DNA of 63,010 bases, filler included, from Octopus bimaculoides (Eukaryota), in the NCBI RefSeq assembly GCF_001194135.2. It is 6 parts of 5 records of this genome, joined end to end, with 100 filler letters (N's around TTAATTAATTAA, not from the genome) between each part and the next. Parts side by side here need not be neighbours in the genome. Positions count along the whole stretch, not along the records: positions 26,918 to 40,907 come from NC_069008.1; positions 41,008 to 50,476 come from NC_068982.1; 4 more parts are not named here. One strand, given 5' to 3'. A program made the translations under genes and the position numbers. The notes under the pieces are model-generated. The model was not told the origin of the DNA, ran no database searches, and worked only from the letters and a program-made list of their open reading frames with translations. Numbering within the stretch: position 1 is the first letter of the stretch; each line of letters begins with the position of its first letter. Below, one piece after another: positions 37,368 to 50,576 of the stretch.

Positions 37368-38024
37368 GGCATGTATATATAAAAATATATAGATAGACAG
37401 ATAGATATAGGAGTGTGTCTATGCATATATATGTGTATGTATGTATATATGTGTGTGCATATGCATGTATATGTGTATGTATATATGTGTGTGTGTGTAT
37501 GTATGTATATATGTGTGTGCATATGCATGTATATGTGTATGTATATATGTGTGTGTGTGTATGTATATACATACATACCATTTTGCATACATATACAGAT
37601 TTACATTTTCACACACACACACACACACACATTTTATTTGTTGCTTCCATATACACACTCAAGTGACTGAATGTGCATGTATACNNNNNNNNNNNNNNNN
37701 NNNNNNNNNNNNNNNNNNNNNNNNNNNNNNNNNNNNNNNNNNNNNNNNNNNNNNNNNNNNNNNNNNNNNNNNNNNNNNNNNNNNNNNNNNNNNNNNNNNN
37801 NNNNNNNNNNNNNNNNNNNNNNNNNNNNNNNNNNNNNNNNNNNNNNNNNNNNNNNNNNNNNNNNNNNNNNNNNNNNNNNNNNNNNNNNNNNNNNNNNNNN
37901 NNNNNNNNNNNNNNNNNNNNNNNNNNNNNNNNNNNNNNNNNNNNATATATATACATATATATTTGTTTTGTATGACGATGATGATGAATATTTTTTCAAA
38001 TATATATATACATATATATATATG

Positions 38025-38066
<42 letters not shown>

Positions 38067-38711
38067 GAAACCTCCTCTCTATCTTTCTCACTCTCTAAAT
38101 ACATATATGAATGTATATGTATATATGTATATGCATATGAAACTACACAGGTAAGTCCTCATCTTATTTTTTGTTCAAATGTGAAGCAGTCAACCAATGC
38201 ATACATTTCCTCTCTTTCTACAGCTTCCCATTCCCACCAGCCATTACATAGAATCCATCGTCTTTGCTTCACTTATGTTCTTATATTAAACATGCTGTTT
38301 AGTATATATGCATCTTATAATAATTTTGCTTGTCATTATGTTACTTAGCCCGTTGGTAATGCATTCACATGATAAGAGAAAAAGAGGGAGAAAGAAAAAA
38401 GGACAAGGCAAAGAGAGAGAAAGAAAAGGTGAGAGAGAGAAAAGACAGAGAGAGAAGTGTCCATGATATGTGTTAGGGGGAACAGTATTTATTACATGGT
38501 TAAAAAAGTTAGTTGAAGGTAGTGATATAGAGGAGGGTTAAGATTATAATTTTAGTAGCCGGGTGAGGTTCTGATAGTGGGATTAAAGAAAAGAAGAGAG
38601 AGAGAGAGGTGGTGGTGGTAGTGGAGGGGATGGCAATGGTGAGTGCATAGTGAAAAGTAATTTTTTTAAAATTGAACTAAGTTTTTTTATATCACCTGTC
38701 ACTTAATACAT

Positions 38712-38988
38712 GCACATCCCAAACTTGCCATTCACTTTAGAAAGAAACCAGTTTCCCATTCGCCTGTCATATGCAATGACTATCAATAAATCACAATGGT
38801 AGACATTTGATAAAGTGGGGCTGTTCTTGCATGAACCTGTATTCTGCCATGGTCAGCTATATATTGCATTCTCAAGGACTTGCAAATTATCTGATGTGAG
38901 AGTTAACGTTATCAACACTGACAAACAAGGGAAAAGAAGAGGGAGAACTTACACAAAGAACATAATCTGCAAAGAAGTATTGGATTGA
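38712..38988 (+). pseudogene. Helitron PIF1-like helicase C-terminal fragment
   Basis: [50 protein letters not shown]...TKNIICKEVLD* (helicase motifs V and VI, one in-frame stop). Confidence 0.88.
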
Positions 38989-39789
38989 AATGTGTATTGG
39001 CTCTGACCCATCGCCTTGGTTTATAAGTTACCACCGATGTGACTTTCAGAGTATGCCACGTTGCATTAAAATTTTTACCCCCATGAAATTGTGACCCCTA
39101 TAGTTTACATATAAAATAATTTTTTTTACTATAAAATTTTCGTTTTCTAGATGTGAAATTGTGACCATGCAAATTTTAAAATGTAATTTTTTCTGCTTAT
39201 GGGAAAAATGGAAAAATAAGCGTGAATATTTATCTTATGGCTGCTGTGTATAAAGTCTGTAAAATTGTGAATAAAGTATATNNNNNNNNNNNNNNNNNNN
39301 NNNNNNNNNNNNNNNNNNNNNNNNNNNNNNNNNNNNNNNNNNNNNNNNATATATATATATATATATATATATAATGCATTAAATAATCATTGTATTCCAA
39401 TTTCCTTCACTTTTCAACAAATAGCAGATGAGCAACTATCTTTTGATACAGGCACAACACAGGATACGCTTTCAGATTTTTTGGATAAAGTTTTCAGGAA
39501 TAACCCAATAGGTTTACAATTAATTTCGTGAAATATTCACAAGTCCTACTAGTGGGTATAAATATTTTATTAATGCTGCTGCTGATGATGCTGATGCTGC
39601 TGCTGATGATGATGATGATGGTGAGGAGGAGGATTAAAACTTATTGTAAGTAGTGTTAGCAGATAATAATTAAAATCGTAAGCAACATGGTGGGGCCTAT
39701 CTTAATTCTCTGCATAGACTTCTTTGAATAGAGTCCAATTTTAAAACCCATTATTCTTGTTAATTCTCACTCTCTTTCTCTCTGTACAG

Positions 39790-40170
39790 CATAGCATCTG
39801 TTTCTGCCTCTGTGAAACTTTGATCTTTCATCATCTGATCACCTCCTCCAATACCCCCTCCCCTCTCAGAGACTCTTTGTCTTGCAAATTAGTTGGTGAC
39901 CCTGCCAGTGCAGGTGCTACTTAAAAAGCACCCAGTCCACACTGTAAAGTGGTTGGTATGTGGAAGGGCATCGAGCTGTAAAAATCATGCCAAAACTGCC
40001 CTCACCTGTGCAAGTTCCACATGAAAAGCAGTCAGTCCACTCTACAGAGTAGCTGGTGTTAGGAAGGGCATCCAGCCATAAAAAAAAACATGTCAAAACA
40101 GACACAAGCTCCTGCCTGACCAGCTCCTGTCAAACCATCCAAGGAGAAATTTAAAAGATGAAGATGGTGA
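39790..40170 (+). mobile_element. Degenerate SINE family D / RTE 3' UTR-related repeat
   Basis: AAAAGCACCCAGTCCACACTGTAAAGTGGTTGG...GAAGGGCATC modules and a (GAT)-like tail. Confidence 0.6.
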
Positions 40171-40192
40171 TCATATATATATGTATGTATGC

Positions 40193-40243
<51 letters not shown>

Positions 40244-40633
40244 GTCTGTCTCTTTGAGATGCAAAGAGACAGACTTACGCTGACGATCCTGCAGATATTT
40301 ACTTATGTAAAATTTAACAGGTGAAACCATGGTACGTAGGTTAATCGTATTTTAATTTAGTATTTTTTCATTTGTCTTGCTTGTTTACAGTCTGTTGTGT
40401 CGCTAAATTTTCTACTGAGAACATATTTTTTCGTGGTTAGATGATTCGGCATCTATTTCTAGCATTTAGGAATCCACATTTGCTGGTCATTCCTCTTATT
40501 TTGTATGTAATATAATTTTAATCTTCAGATTTTTTTAATATGGTAGACCACTGGTTTTAATTGATTAATATCAATTTTTACCCTCATTAATAAATTTTAA
40601 ATTATATATATATATGTATGTATTACGAACCAG

Positions 40634-40907
40634 GTGATACGCGAAGGAGTCATACCCAATGACTGGTGTAGCAGCATCATAGTCAACTGCTACAAAGGTA
40701 AAGGTGACGCTTTAGATACAAATAATTACAGAGGCATCAAGCTGTTAGATCAGGTTATGAAAGTTACAGAGAGGGTCATAGCCCAACTAATTAGGGAGCG
40801 AATCAATTTAGATGAGATGCAGTTTGGGTTCGTGCCAGGTAAAAGCACTACTGATGCTTTATTTCTAGTGAGACAGTTGCAGGAGAAATACCTAGCTAAG
40901 GATAAAC
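40634..40907 (+). mobile_element. RTE LINE RT fragment, 5'-truncated, open frame up to a scaffold join
   Basis: IPNDWCSSIIVNCYKGKGD...NYRGIKLL...QFGFVPGKSTTDALFLVRQLQEKY, with no stops. Confidence 0.92.
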
Positions 40908-41007
40908 NNNNNNNNNNNNNNNNNNNNNNNNNNNNNNNNNNNNNNNNNNNNTTAATTAATTAANNNNNNNNNNNNNNNNNNNNNNNNNNNNNNNNNNNNN
41001 NNNNNNN

Positions 41008-41042
<35 letters not shown>

Positions 41043-41100
41043 GAATGGTTTTTTTATACGGTGCCGTTTTTACAATCCTGTAAATAATAATAATGGTATT

Positions 41101-41277
41101 TTTATATAAGCTTAAAGCTTATGGCGATCACTGTGCAATGACTAAGGAAAATAGTCTAATAAAGGGACACATAAGCCCTCAACAGAAAAAAGAAGGCTTT
41201 TCTATTCGCGTGTAAAGGTAACACAGTCGTCCTAAATCATTGCACGGTGATCACCATAAGCTTTAAGCTTATATAAA
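41101..41277. repeat. Foldback/MITE-like element with about 41-bp imperfect terminal inverted repeats
   Basis: TTTATATAAGCTTAAAGCTTATGGCGATCACTGTGCAATGA vs TCATTGCACGGTGATCACCATAAGCTTTAAGCTTATATAAA. Confidence 0.7.
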
Positions 41278-41376
41278 TATATGTATATATATCGTGCATA
41301 TATACACGCATGCATACATACATACATAGATACATACATATATACATGCACATACATACATACATACATACATACA

Positions 41377-41410
<34 letters not shown>

Positions 41411-41461
41411 CATACAGAGACAGACATATACACAGCATACATACATCTTGTATATAAAAAG

Positions 41462-41796
41462 GTAAAAAACCCCTTCAGTCATGAATGACCGTGGGATTAC
41501 ACCTAGAAAGTTCCCCTCCGAGGCACAAATCCGGGCAAGGTTGTTTTATGGTATGCAGTCGCCCATGCATACCAGCCTCCCCACTCCACGCCACCGATGT
41601 TATCCAAGGGAAAGACAAAGGTTGATACAGTTGGTACCAGTGACGTCACAACTCATTTCTATAGCTGAGTGAACTGGAGCAATGTGAAATAAAGTGTCTT
41701 GCTCAAGAATACAACGCATAGCTCGATCCGGGAATCGAACTTACTACTTCATGATTGTGAGCCCGGCGCTCTAACCACTGAACCGTGCGCCTTCAC
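41462..41796 (-). mobile_element. tRNA-headed SINE, family C
   Basis: Minus head GTGAAGGCGCACGGTTCAGTGGTTAGAGCG (A box)...GTTCGATTCCC (B box), then TTCTTGAGCAAGACACTTT core. Confidence 0.85.
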
Positions 41797-41806
41797 AATA
41801 TCTTAT

Positions 41807-42186
41807 AGGCGCAGAAGTGCTTGTGTGGTAAGAAGCTTACCTCCCAACCACATGGTTCCAGGTTCAGTCCCACTGCGTGGAACCTTGGGCAAGTGTTTTC
41901 TACTGTAACCTCGAGCCGACCAAAACCTTGTGAGTGAATTTAGTAGACGCAAACTGAAAGAAACCTGTCGTGTATATGTGGGTGTGTGTGTGTTTGTTTG
42001 TTTCCCCACCATCGCTTGACAACCGATGTTGGAGTGTTTACGTCCCCGTAACATTAGCGGTTCGGCATAAGTGACTGATAGAATAAGTACTAGGCTTACA
42101 AAGAATAAGTTCTGGGGTCGATTAGTTCGACTAAAGGTGGTGCTCCAGCATAGCCACAGTCAAAATGACTGAAACAAGTAAAAGAA
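41807..42186 (+). mobile_element. tRNA-headed SINE, family A
   Basis: AGGCGCAG..GTGTGGTAAG (A-like box), GGTTCAGTCCC (B-like box) and body shared with several other copies. Confidence 0.88.
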
Positions 42187-43200
42187 TATGTGAACATCTA
42201 TGCATCTCTGCCATCGATCGATGAGATTATTTATGTCTCGTTGATAAAAACTTATTGGCTTTGATGCTAAAAAATCTTTGAAAGCTGATTCCACCTCTGG
42301 TTTGGACCTGAAAGTTTTATAGCTTAAAAACGTGTTTAAAATGCTTTTAAAAACGGTAGTCAGTGGATGAAAAATCAGGAGAATATGGAGGATGTGGTAA
42401 AGTCTTGTATCACGAATCTGTGAGTTTCTTCAGCATCATTCTTGCAACATGTGGCTTTGCATTATCGTGGAGCAGAAGTGAGCCACGCCGATTCACCGAG
42501 TCTCATTTTTAGCAAGTGAGCATGCATTTCAGCGAGTTGATTGCAGTAAACCTCAACTGTAATGTTCTGATTGGCTTCCAGAAAGCTGTAATGGACAACA
42601 CCAACTGCAGACCACCAGACAGTCACCATAATCTTTTGCTGATTAGGAGACGCATCACGATCAAGTCATTGACCTGATCGTTTACGGTTATCATAAAGGA
42701 TTCACTTTTCGTCACAAGTGACTATTAGGTCAAGAAAAGGTTCATTGGTGTTTCGCAGAAAGGGCATCGAGCACACTTCAAAACACCGAACCTTTTGATT
42801 TTCATTGAGCTCATGCGGTACCAATTTATGGAGCTTTTTCACCATACCAATCTTCTTCAGACTGCGTGAGACCGTTGCAATACCGACACCAAGTGTCTGA
42901 GACATTTCTCTGACACTTCGACGTGGGTTTTGTTCAAAAATTGCTTTCAATTGTTCATTGTCAAGACTGCATGACCGTCCTCTACCTTCTTCACCTTCAA
43001 GGCTCTCATCACCACTACGGAATTTCTGAAACCACCTTCGTACAGTGCAATCACTTGTGGACCCCTCTCCCCATGCTCTGTTGATATTGGCAGCAGTTTG
43101 GGAAGCATTGTGCCCAATATTGAACTCATGCAAAAAAGTAAGCGAAGGATTTTTTTATCATGTTCATAAATAAGGGCATCTATGCTTCATTAATGTTTTC
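42187..43200 (-). mobile_element. Mariner (Hsmar1/cecropia-like) transposase pseudogene
   Basis: TVRRWFQKFRSGDESLE, LVPHELNENQK, IVTCDEK, TVWWS, LPHPPYSPDFSSTDY. Confidence 0.9.
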
Positions 43201-44174
43201 TGTGTGAAATAAGTAGAAAATTATTAAAGAGAATGCATCAATTATTAAGTATGTCGAAATTCACCAGAAATATTAAAATACTATGGTTGCGAAACCAGCT
43301 TCTTAACCACACAAACATGTCTGCTTCTTTCTTAAGTTTTGACAGACCCTGGTAACATTAGAACGAACATTTAATATATATGAGAAAATATACACAATAT
43401 AACATTTCGTTCACTATTTTCATTCTTTTGCGTATTAGCGTTGTTTCATATTAGATTTGTTTCATCATGGAAATTATTGTCGTTGAATGCGTCGTTGTAA
43501 TAATGAGCAGCGCGGTTAAAGGTTAATTAGTTGTAAACCACGCCGAGTCAATAGAGGTGTCAGATTAGATGACGCGCCTTGTTAGATTCGTGTGTGTCGC
43601 TTTACAACATTTNNNNNNNNNNNNNNNNNNNNNNNNNNNNNNNNNNNNNNNNNNNNNNNNNNNNNNNNNNNNNNNNNNNNNNNNNNNNNNNNNNNNNNNN
43701 NNNNNNNNNNNNNNNNNNNNNNNNNNNNNNNNNNNNNNNNNNNNNNNNNNNNNNNNNNNNNNNNNNNNNNNNNNNNNNNNNNNNNNNNNNNNNNNNNNNN
43801 NNNNNNNNNNNNNNNNNNNNNNNNNNNNNNNNNNNNNNNNNNNNNNNNNNNNNNNNNNNNNNNNNNNNNNNNNNNNNNNNNNNNNNNNNNNNNNNNNNNN
43901 NNNNNNNNNNNNNNNNNNNNNNNNNNNNNNNNNNNNNNNNNNNNNNNNNNNNNNNNNNNNNNNNNNNNNNNNNNNNNNNNNNNNNNNNNNNNNNNNNNNN
44001 NNNNNNNNNNNNNNNNNNNNNNNNNNNNNNNNNNNNNNNNNNNNNNNNNNNNNNNNNNNNNNNNNNNNNNNNNNNNNNNNNNNNNNNNNNNNNNNNNNNN
44101 NNNNNNNNNNNNNNNNNNNNNNNNNNNNNNNNNNNNNNNNNNNNNNNNNNNNNNNNNNNNNNNNNNNNNNNNNN

Positions 44175-44209
<35 letters not shown>

Positions 44210-44558
44210 TATATATATAAATATACATACGCACATGCATATATATGCGTACACATGTGTGTTTACATGCATATGCATGTGTGTATACCAAAATATTTAT
44301 ACAATACATACGTGTCTGCGTCCGAATGTATCAATTATATGTGTGTGTGTGTATGCGTATAGACAGACAGACAGACAGACAGAGACACACACTGACACAC
44401 ACTGACACACATACACAACACACATATGCACACACACACATCTTATGGAGTTGAAGACAACGGATGATAATGAATATGGTTGGCTGAAAGATGGTGGATG
44501 TGTGAATTTGCTTGGAGCAGGACGTGACAACTTTAATGTAGCACCTCGCTCACTCTCA

Positions 44559-44630
<72 letters not shown>

Positions 44631-45020
44631 TCTCTGTCTGTCTCTCTCTCTGTATATCTATCTATCTATCTATCGATGCCTATGCACCTCTTCGCTGTTT
44701 CGGGAAGCTGTGATGTAAAAGAAAATAATGAACAAAACCAACGTTAATGAACGAGCAGACACACCAATTGAAAGACAAAGTAACAAAGCGAGTCAGACTG
44801 GCAGACAATATTGACAAATAAAGAAATCTGGTAAACAAAGGATAAGTCCAAGAACAGGCACAAAGACAAATACGATATCTTTGTGATTATAGTTCTGAGT
44901 TCAAATCCCGCCGAGATGAACTTTACTTTTAATCTTTTCATGGGTCGATAAGATATATTACAAAATGTGTAGAATTGTATTAGTTAACCTAGACACAAAA
45001 GTATTAACGGAGACCCAGAA

Positions 45021-46976
45021 TGTGTTAATGAAAGATTTATTTAATTAAACACATGAAGGCGACAATCGCCAGTCAACTTCTGCTTCGTAGAAGTCCGCTT
45101 GACTGTAAATCAACTTCATTGCAAATCAGCTCCCTAGCTAACCCACAGTGAAGTTCCTAACTATAGTTCGCCCGTCATAAATCCTTGGGCAGTGCCCTAC
45201 ATATAGCTCCCTCCACCCCAGAAATGTTGACTGTCATTTGAACCGGGAAGGCGTTTTAACTGCCCTGCCCGTGCGTGTGGTTGCTCGGCTCTTTGGTGAC
45301 TTTCTGACTTTCTGTTCGGAAAGAACTCTCCTGGCACTGTAAGAGGGGCACCATACATCATTTCCGCGGAAGAAGTGTTGAGATTTTCTTTTGGGCTGGT
45401 GCAAATTCCCAGCATCACCCATGGAAGTTGATCAATCCAATTGGGCCCGATAAGTCCAGTTGTCGAGGATTCCTTCAGGCAGCGGTGAAATCTCTCCACT
45501 AACCCGTCGGCCTGTGGATGGTAGGTTGTTGTGCGCTTCATTGTGATTCCAAAAAGGTCACACATGTCATTCCACAGCTTTGAGGTGAATTTGGGCCCCG
45601 ATCGGATGAGATGCTGTTTGGGACACCGAAACGGACAACTCAGTTTATGATGAAGGCTCAGTGGGCTTCTTGTGTTCTCGTGCTGCGAAGAGTGATCGCC
45701 TCAGGCCAACGAGAGTAGCGGTCTACCAAGGTAAATAGGTACGAGCAACCCTGTGAAAGTGGTAGCGACCCGACAAGATCAATGTTAATGTGACTGAAAC
45801 GGGCCTGTAGTGGTTCATAGCTGCCTTGGTTTGTTGATAGAGGATGCAGGTTTTGGTCCACTTCCCAATTTGCTTGGCTATACTGTGCCAGATAAATTTG
45901 CTTCACAGCAGGCGCCGTATGGCTCAAGTACCCGGGTGAGACAGTCCGTGAATGAAGTCGAATCCTTCATGCGCTAGGCTAATTGGACGATCGGTCGTGG
46001 CTTTCTAGTGGATACATCACACAGTAGGGTTGTGCCGTTGGAGCTAAAATTCACATCCCGCAAGGAAAGTGATGTGATGGTGATGCGATAGGCCCTGATC
46101 TCGTCAGCTATCTGTTGGGCTGCAGCCATAGCCTCGCACTCCAGGCCTTCCGTTATTGGGGTTAGGTAGGTGTAAGAGCAGGTAGAGGCATGAGAGAGTG
46201 CATCAGCGACCGGTTTGCCTTTTCCAGCTATGTGTTGGATGTTTATGGTGTACTCAGAAATTGCTGATAGCTGTCATTGCTGGCGTGCAGACAAAGGCTC
46301 TGAGAGCTTGCTCATAGCAAAGGTGAATGGTTTGTAGTCTGTGAACACTGTAAACGTGTGGCTCTCAAGAACATAGCGAAAGTGGTGGACACCTAGATGG
46401 ATAGCCAGCAGTTCCCTGTCAAAAGCACTGTATTTCTGTTCAGGAGGTCGTAGTTGTCTACTGAAGAAGGCAAGTGGTCGCCACTGACCATTGATGCGCT
46501 GTTCCAAAACGTCCCCAATGGCTGTGTCGGAGGCATCGACTTTGAGTGCAGTCCAAGCTGACATATGAGGACGGGGCAGCATGGTTGCTTTAGCCAGTAC
46601 TTGTTTTATGGATTTGAAGGCTGAGGTCATTTCCCCATCCCACTCCACCTGTCTTTTTGAACCATCTTTTGACAGTGCCTTGTATAGAGGTCTCATTACT
46701 CTTGCTGCAGAAGGGATGAAGCGATGGTAAAAGTTTGCCATGCCCAGAAATTAATGCAGAGCCTTGCTTGTGGTAGGACGTGGAAAGGATAAGATAGCTT
46801 TCACTTTTTCTGGCAGGGGTATAGCACCAGCACTTGTGATTCGATGTCCCAGGAAATCGATTTCTGTAACACGAAAAGTGCACATGTCGGGGTTGATTAC
46901 TAGACCATACTGTTCGCCCGCAGCGAAGTTCTTGTCTACAGTTCGTCCGTCATAAATCCTTGGGCAGTGCCCTACA
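45021..46976 (-). mobile_element. Ty3/Gypsy LTR retrotransposon with 181-bp 3' LTR and a large 5' deletion
   Basis: RT end (IDFLGH, FLGMANFYHRFIP), RNase H (VDASD, WRPLAFFSR, YSAFDRELLA), integrase (FSHINIDLVG, VDRYSRWPEA, YHPQADGLVER). Polypurine tract before LTR 45021-45201 (TG...CA); 5' LTR stub at about 46916-46976. Confidence 0.93.
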
Positions 46977-47305
46977 AGGCCTTCTATGGTCAGTGGAATA
47001 GCAGAATTTTTAATGTCCGAGAGTAGAAATTCGGAGTATTCCTAATGCAACTCCTGGATGTCTACATTCTCATTCCGGAACTTTGAAATTTGAAAAAAAT
47101 TGCAAGTCCGCTGGTGTCAAGAACTCCAGGTACCCCGCTTGTAAAACCGGCGTGTGGGTATTTCGAAGGGTAACGTATACGAGAAAGAGAACGAAGAATG
47201 AATTTAACACTTAATCAAAGTTGTGCTTAATTCATTCTTCTTTTTCTTACACACACATACACACATACACCCACAAGTGCGTGTGTGCGTGCGCATAATA
47301 ATAAT

Positions 47306-47522
47306 CCTTTCTATTATAGGCACAAGGCCTGAAATTTGGGGTGGAGAGGTGGCTAGTCAATTACATCGACTCCAGTGCTCAGCTGGTACCTATTTCATCG
47401 ACCCCGACAGGATGTAAAGCAAAGTCGACCTCGGCGGAATTCGAACTCAGAACGTAAAGACAGACGAAATGCTGCTTAAGCATTTTATCCGGCGTGCTAA
47501 CGATTTTACCAGCTTGCTGCCA
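47306..47522 (-). mobile_element. SINE family B
   Basis: Shared core GTCGACCTCGGCGGAATT(C/T)GAACTCAGAACGTAA. Confidence 0.85.
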
Positions 47523-48329
47523 TTGGTACTAAATAATAAATAGTCACTGTTACTGTTTACAATATTTAATGCCTCAACAGAAAATAATAAATGGCAAGAA
47601 ATGAAAGGAAAGGAATCATTGTCGAAAGATATTGTGGTTAAGACGCTCCATTTGTTTCACTAAACCCTCCAAGGCGGTGCTCCAGCATGACCGTAATCCA
47701 AAGGATGAAACAAGTAAAATATCCTAGACATAAAACTTGGGTTGATCTGAAGCTTCAGTAAAGACACTCACCCAAGATGCCGCGTGGTAAGATCGAACCA
47801 GGAAACTCGTGATCACCAAGCGAACATTTTATCCATTCGGCTAGAACAGCTTCTACAGTCAATTCATCAGAATGTAACAGGAAACTACTACTTCAGATTT
47901 TAGTACAGTAGTCCATGATCGTCGACGCCTGTAGGCACGGCACATGAAGACGAAGAGACCGTCGATTAGATCAACTCCAGTACTCGAACAGCCACGATAA
48001 TATATATCAATCAGCAAAATATCGAGACAATAGACAAATTCACCAATTTGGATAGTAATCATCAGTAACAATGGTGATACTGGGAATTATGTCAACCATA
48101 GAACTGGCAAAGGTGAAATAAAGAGGAAGACTTCAAACTACATGGTGCAGAACATTCATAACCAACACCATTGCTCAATGTTGCTCGAGAGCACAGGAGA
48201 AACTGGGACTATAATGTACTTGAATAATTCTTAATATATCGATGCTCGGAAGGATGAAAAGCCAGGATTTGAAGTTGGCGCCACTTAAATACTTAACGAA
48301 ATACTACCGATTCAGCTGTTTCACTGGCA

Positions 48330-48770
48330 TAAGGCCAGCATTAGGAGGACAAAGAGCAGTCGATCACATCGACCCCAGTACTTGACTGGGTCTTTATTTC
48401 TTCGAATCCCCAAAGAATCCTGTCAAAACTGACTTTGACAGGATTTGAACTCAGAACTTAAAGAGTCAGAAAAATTTCGGAAGGTATTTGATCCGACATT
48501 TTAACGATTCCGCCATTCCAGCGTTCTTGAGTCCCAAAAATGATTTTACTTTTGTTCCTGATGTAGGCACAAGGCCAGCAGTCAGGAGTAAGGGTGGGTA
48601 AGTCGATATCATCAACACCAGTACTTGATAGATTCTTTCTTTTATCGACCCCAGAGGGAAGAACGGCAAAATTGATCCGGCGGGATTTGAACTCAGAACG
48701 TAAAGAGTCAGAAGAAATATCCCCAATGCATTTTATCGGATGCTCTATCGATTCTAACACCCATCGCCTT
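48330..48770 (-). mobile_element. Two tandem diverged SINE family B copies
   Basis: GGATTTGAACTCAGAAC core at about 48442 and about 48683. Confidence 0.7.
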
Positions 48771-49321
48771 TGAGTTAAAAAAAAATAGCGTGAGCCTTGC
48801 GACACACTGATATCCAGCAGCTAACTAGCAGATAATGTACAGATTCTGATTTCAAATATGAAATTACGGATATTCTGTATGGAGGAATTGTTTCAATTTT
48901 CCAATATATTGAATAGTTAACTGGAACCTGGGAAATGTTATAGTCTTCCGTATGGTCTTGAGGCATTTCATGAAACAACGAAGATGAAAAGAAGACGCGA
49001 AGTTGTGTTATTATAGTGTTGAGAGAGGGTGGTGGGAGAGAGAGTTTGTGTAACACAAACAGAAGTATTTCATGGCACAATGTGCCTCGGCAATCAAGAC
49101 AGTGTTCCTTCTAATCTGTGTTTGTTTTACAACTAAGAAACGGAAAAATATGCGCTCAAAGTTTTGAAAAATGAATTTATATTTTTATAATTGAAGAAAT
49201 TTGATCGATGGTTACTCGCCTGGATGCACACATACTTTGTAAAGAAAAGCAATACAATACAAAATTTCTCCGTGCGCGCGCACACATAAACATACACATA
49301 TAAAAACCTTAGAAGGAATAT

Positions 49322-49722
49322 TGCGGACACAGCTCTATAGTTAAAGAGTTCGCTTTGCAACCACCTGGTTTCGGGTTGAGTCCCACAACACGGTACTTTG
49401 GACAAGCGTTTTCTATTTTCTTCTGTAGCTCCGGGCTGACTAGCACCTTATGAATGGATTTGGTAGACAGAAACTGTGTGGAAGCCCGTCGTATATACAA
49501 GCACAGACATACATATAAGTGTGTGTATTTGTGTTTGTCCCTCACACCAACTAGTGTTGGTTTGTGTACGTCCCCATAACTTAACGGTTCGGCAAAAGAG
49601 AACGGTAGAACAAGTACCAAACTTTAAAAGAATCAGTACTGGAATCGATTTGTTCGACTAAATCCCTACAATACGGTGCCCCAGTATGGCCACAGTCCGA
49701 TGACTGAAGCAAGTAAGAAAGA
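49322..49722 (+). mobile_element. SINE family A
   Basis: Homologous to 41807-42186. Confidence 0.82.
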
Positions 49723-49819
49723 ATACAATTTTCTGTGCGCGCGCACGCACACGCACCCACGCACGCATGGAATATCGTGAGACCTCCTTGTCGACGCAGT
49801 CGTGAAATACGCTTAATAT

Positions 49820-50035
49820 TCTTTTCTACTCAAGGCACAAGGCCCGAAATTTTGGGGGAGGGGGCCAGTCGATTAGATCGACCCCCAGTGCTCAACTGGT
49901 ACTTAATTTATCGACCCCAAAAGGATGAAAGGTAAAGTCAACCTCGACAGAATTTGAACTCAGAACGTAAGGTCAGACGAAATACCGCTATGCATTTCGC
50001 CCGGCGTGCTAACGTTTCTGGCAGCTCGCCGTCTT
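49820..50035 (-). mobile_element. SINE family B
   Basis: Well-preserved copy homologous to 47306-47522. Confidence 0.85.
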
Positions 50036-50368
50036 AATAAGCTTAATATTAAAGCAAAAAGACTTTGTCTCAAGGTGAATGGTTAATCCAGTTTTATGAG
50101 AAACTCAATATGCTTTATTGTATGCAAGCTCTCATTTGACTGATGGTTAATTTAAATAAAGGATGCTTCCTAGAAACAAGAATATTTCATGACTTTTTTC
50201 AATTATGGCCGCCTCTATGTATATATTTCGTTTGCCACGTCGCTGATACAACTGGGTCTATATTTTTCATAAATTATGAAGGTGCCGGTAAACTCCGAGC
50301 CCAGAATGTATGTATGTATGTATGTATGTATGTATGTATGTATCTATCTATCTATCTATCTATCTATA

Positions 50369-50412
50369 TCCACTCGTGACCGAGGCAATGGTCTTCCTCG
50401 GTCACGAGTGGA
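50369..50412. repeat. Perfect 17-bp-stem hairpin embedded in tetranucleotide microsatellites
   Basis: TCCACTCGTGACCGAGG-CAATGGTCTT-CCTCGGTCACGAGTGGA. Confidence 0.9.
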
Positions 50413-50576
50413 CGGCCATCATCATCATGTATGTATGTATGTATGTATGTATGTATGTATGTATGTATGTATGTATNNNNNNNNNNNNNNNNNNNNNNNN
50501 NNNNNNNNNNNNNNNNNNNNTTAATTAATTAANNNNNNNNNNNNNNNNNNNNNNNNNNNNNNNNNNNNNNNNNNNN

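Noticed and set aside
37313-38348. Many ORFs rich in C/V/Y/I/H/T or X
   Set aside because: Translations of (TA)n, (TG)n, (TATG)n microsatellites and N gaps; the same applies throughout the window.
41720-41870. tRNA-like A/B boxes
   Set aside because: No cloverleaf acceptor stem, and they continue into repeated SINE bodies; not tRNA genes.
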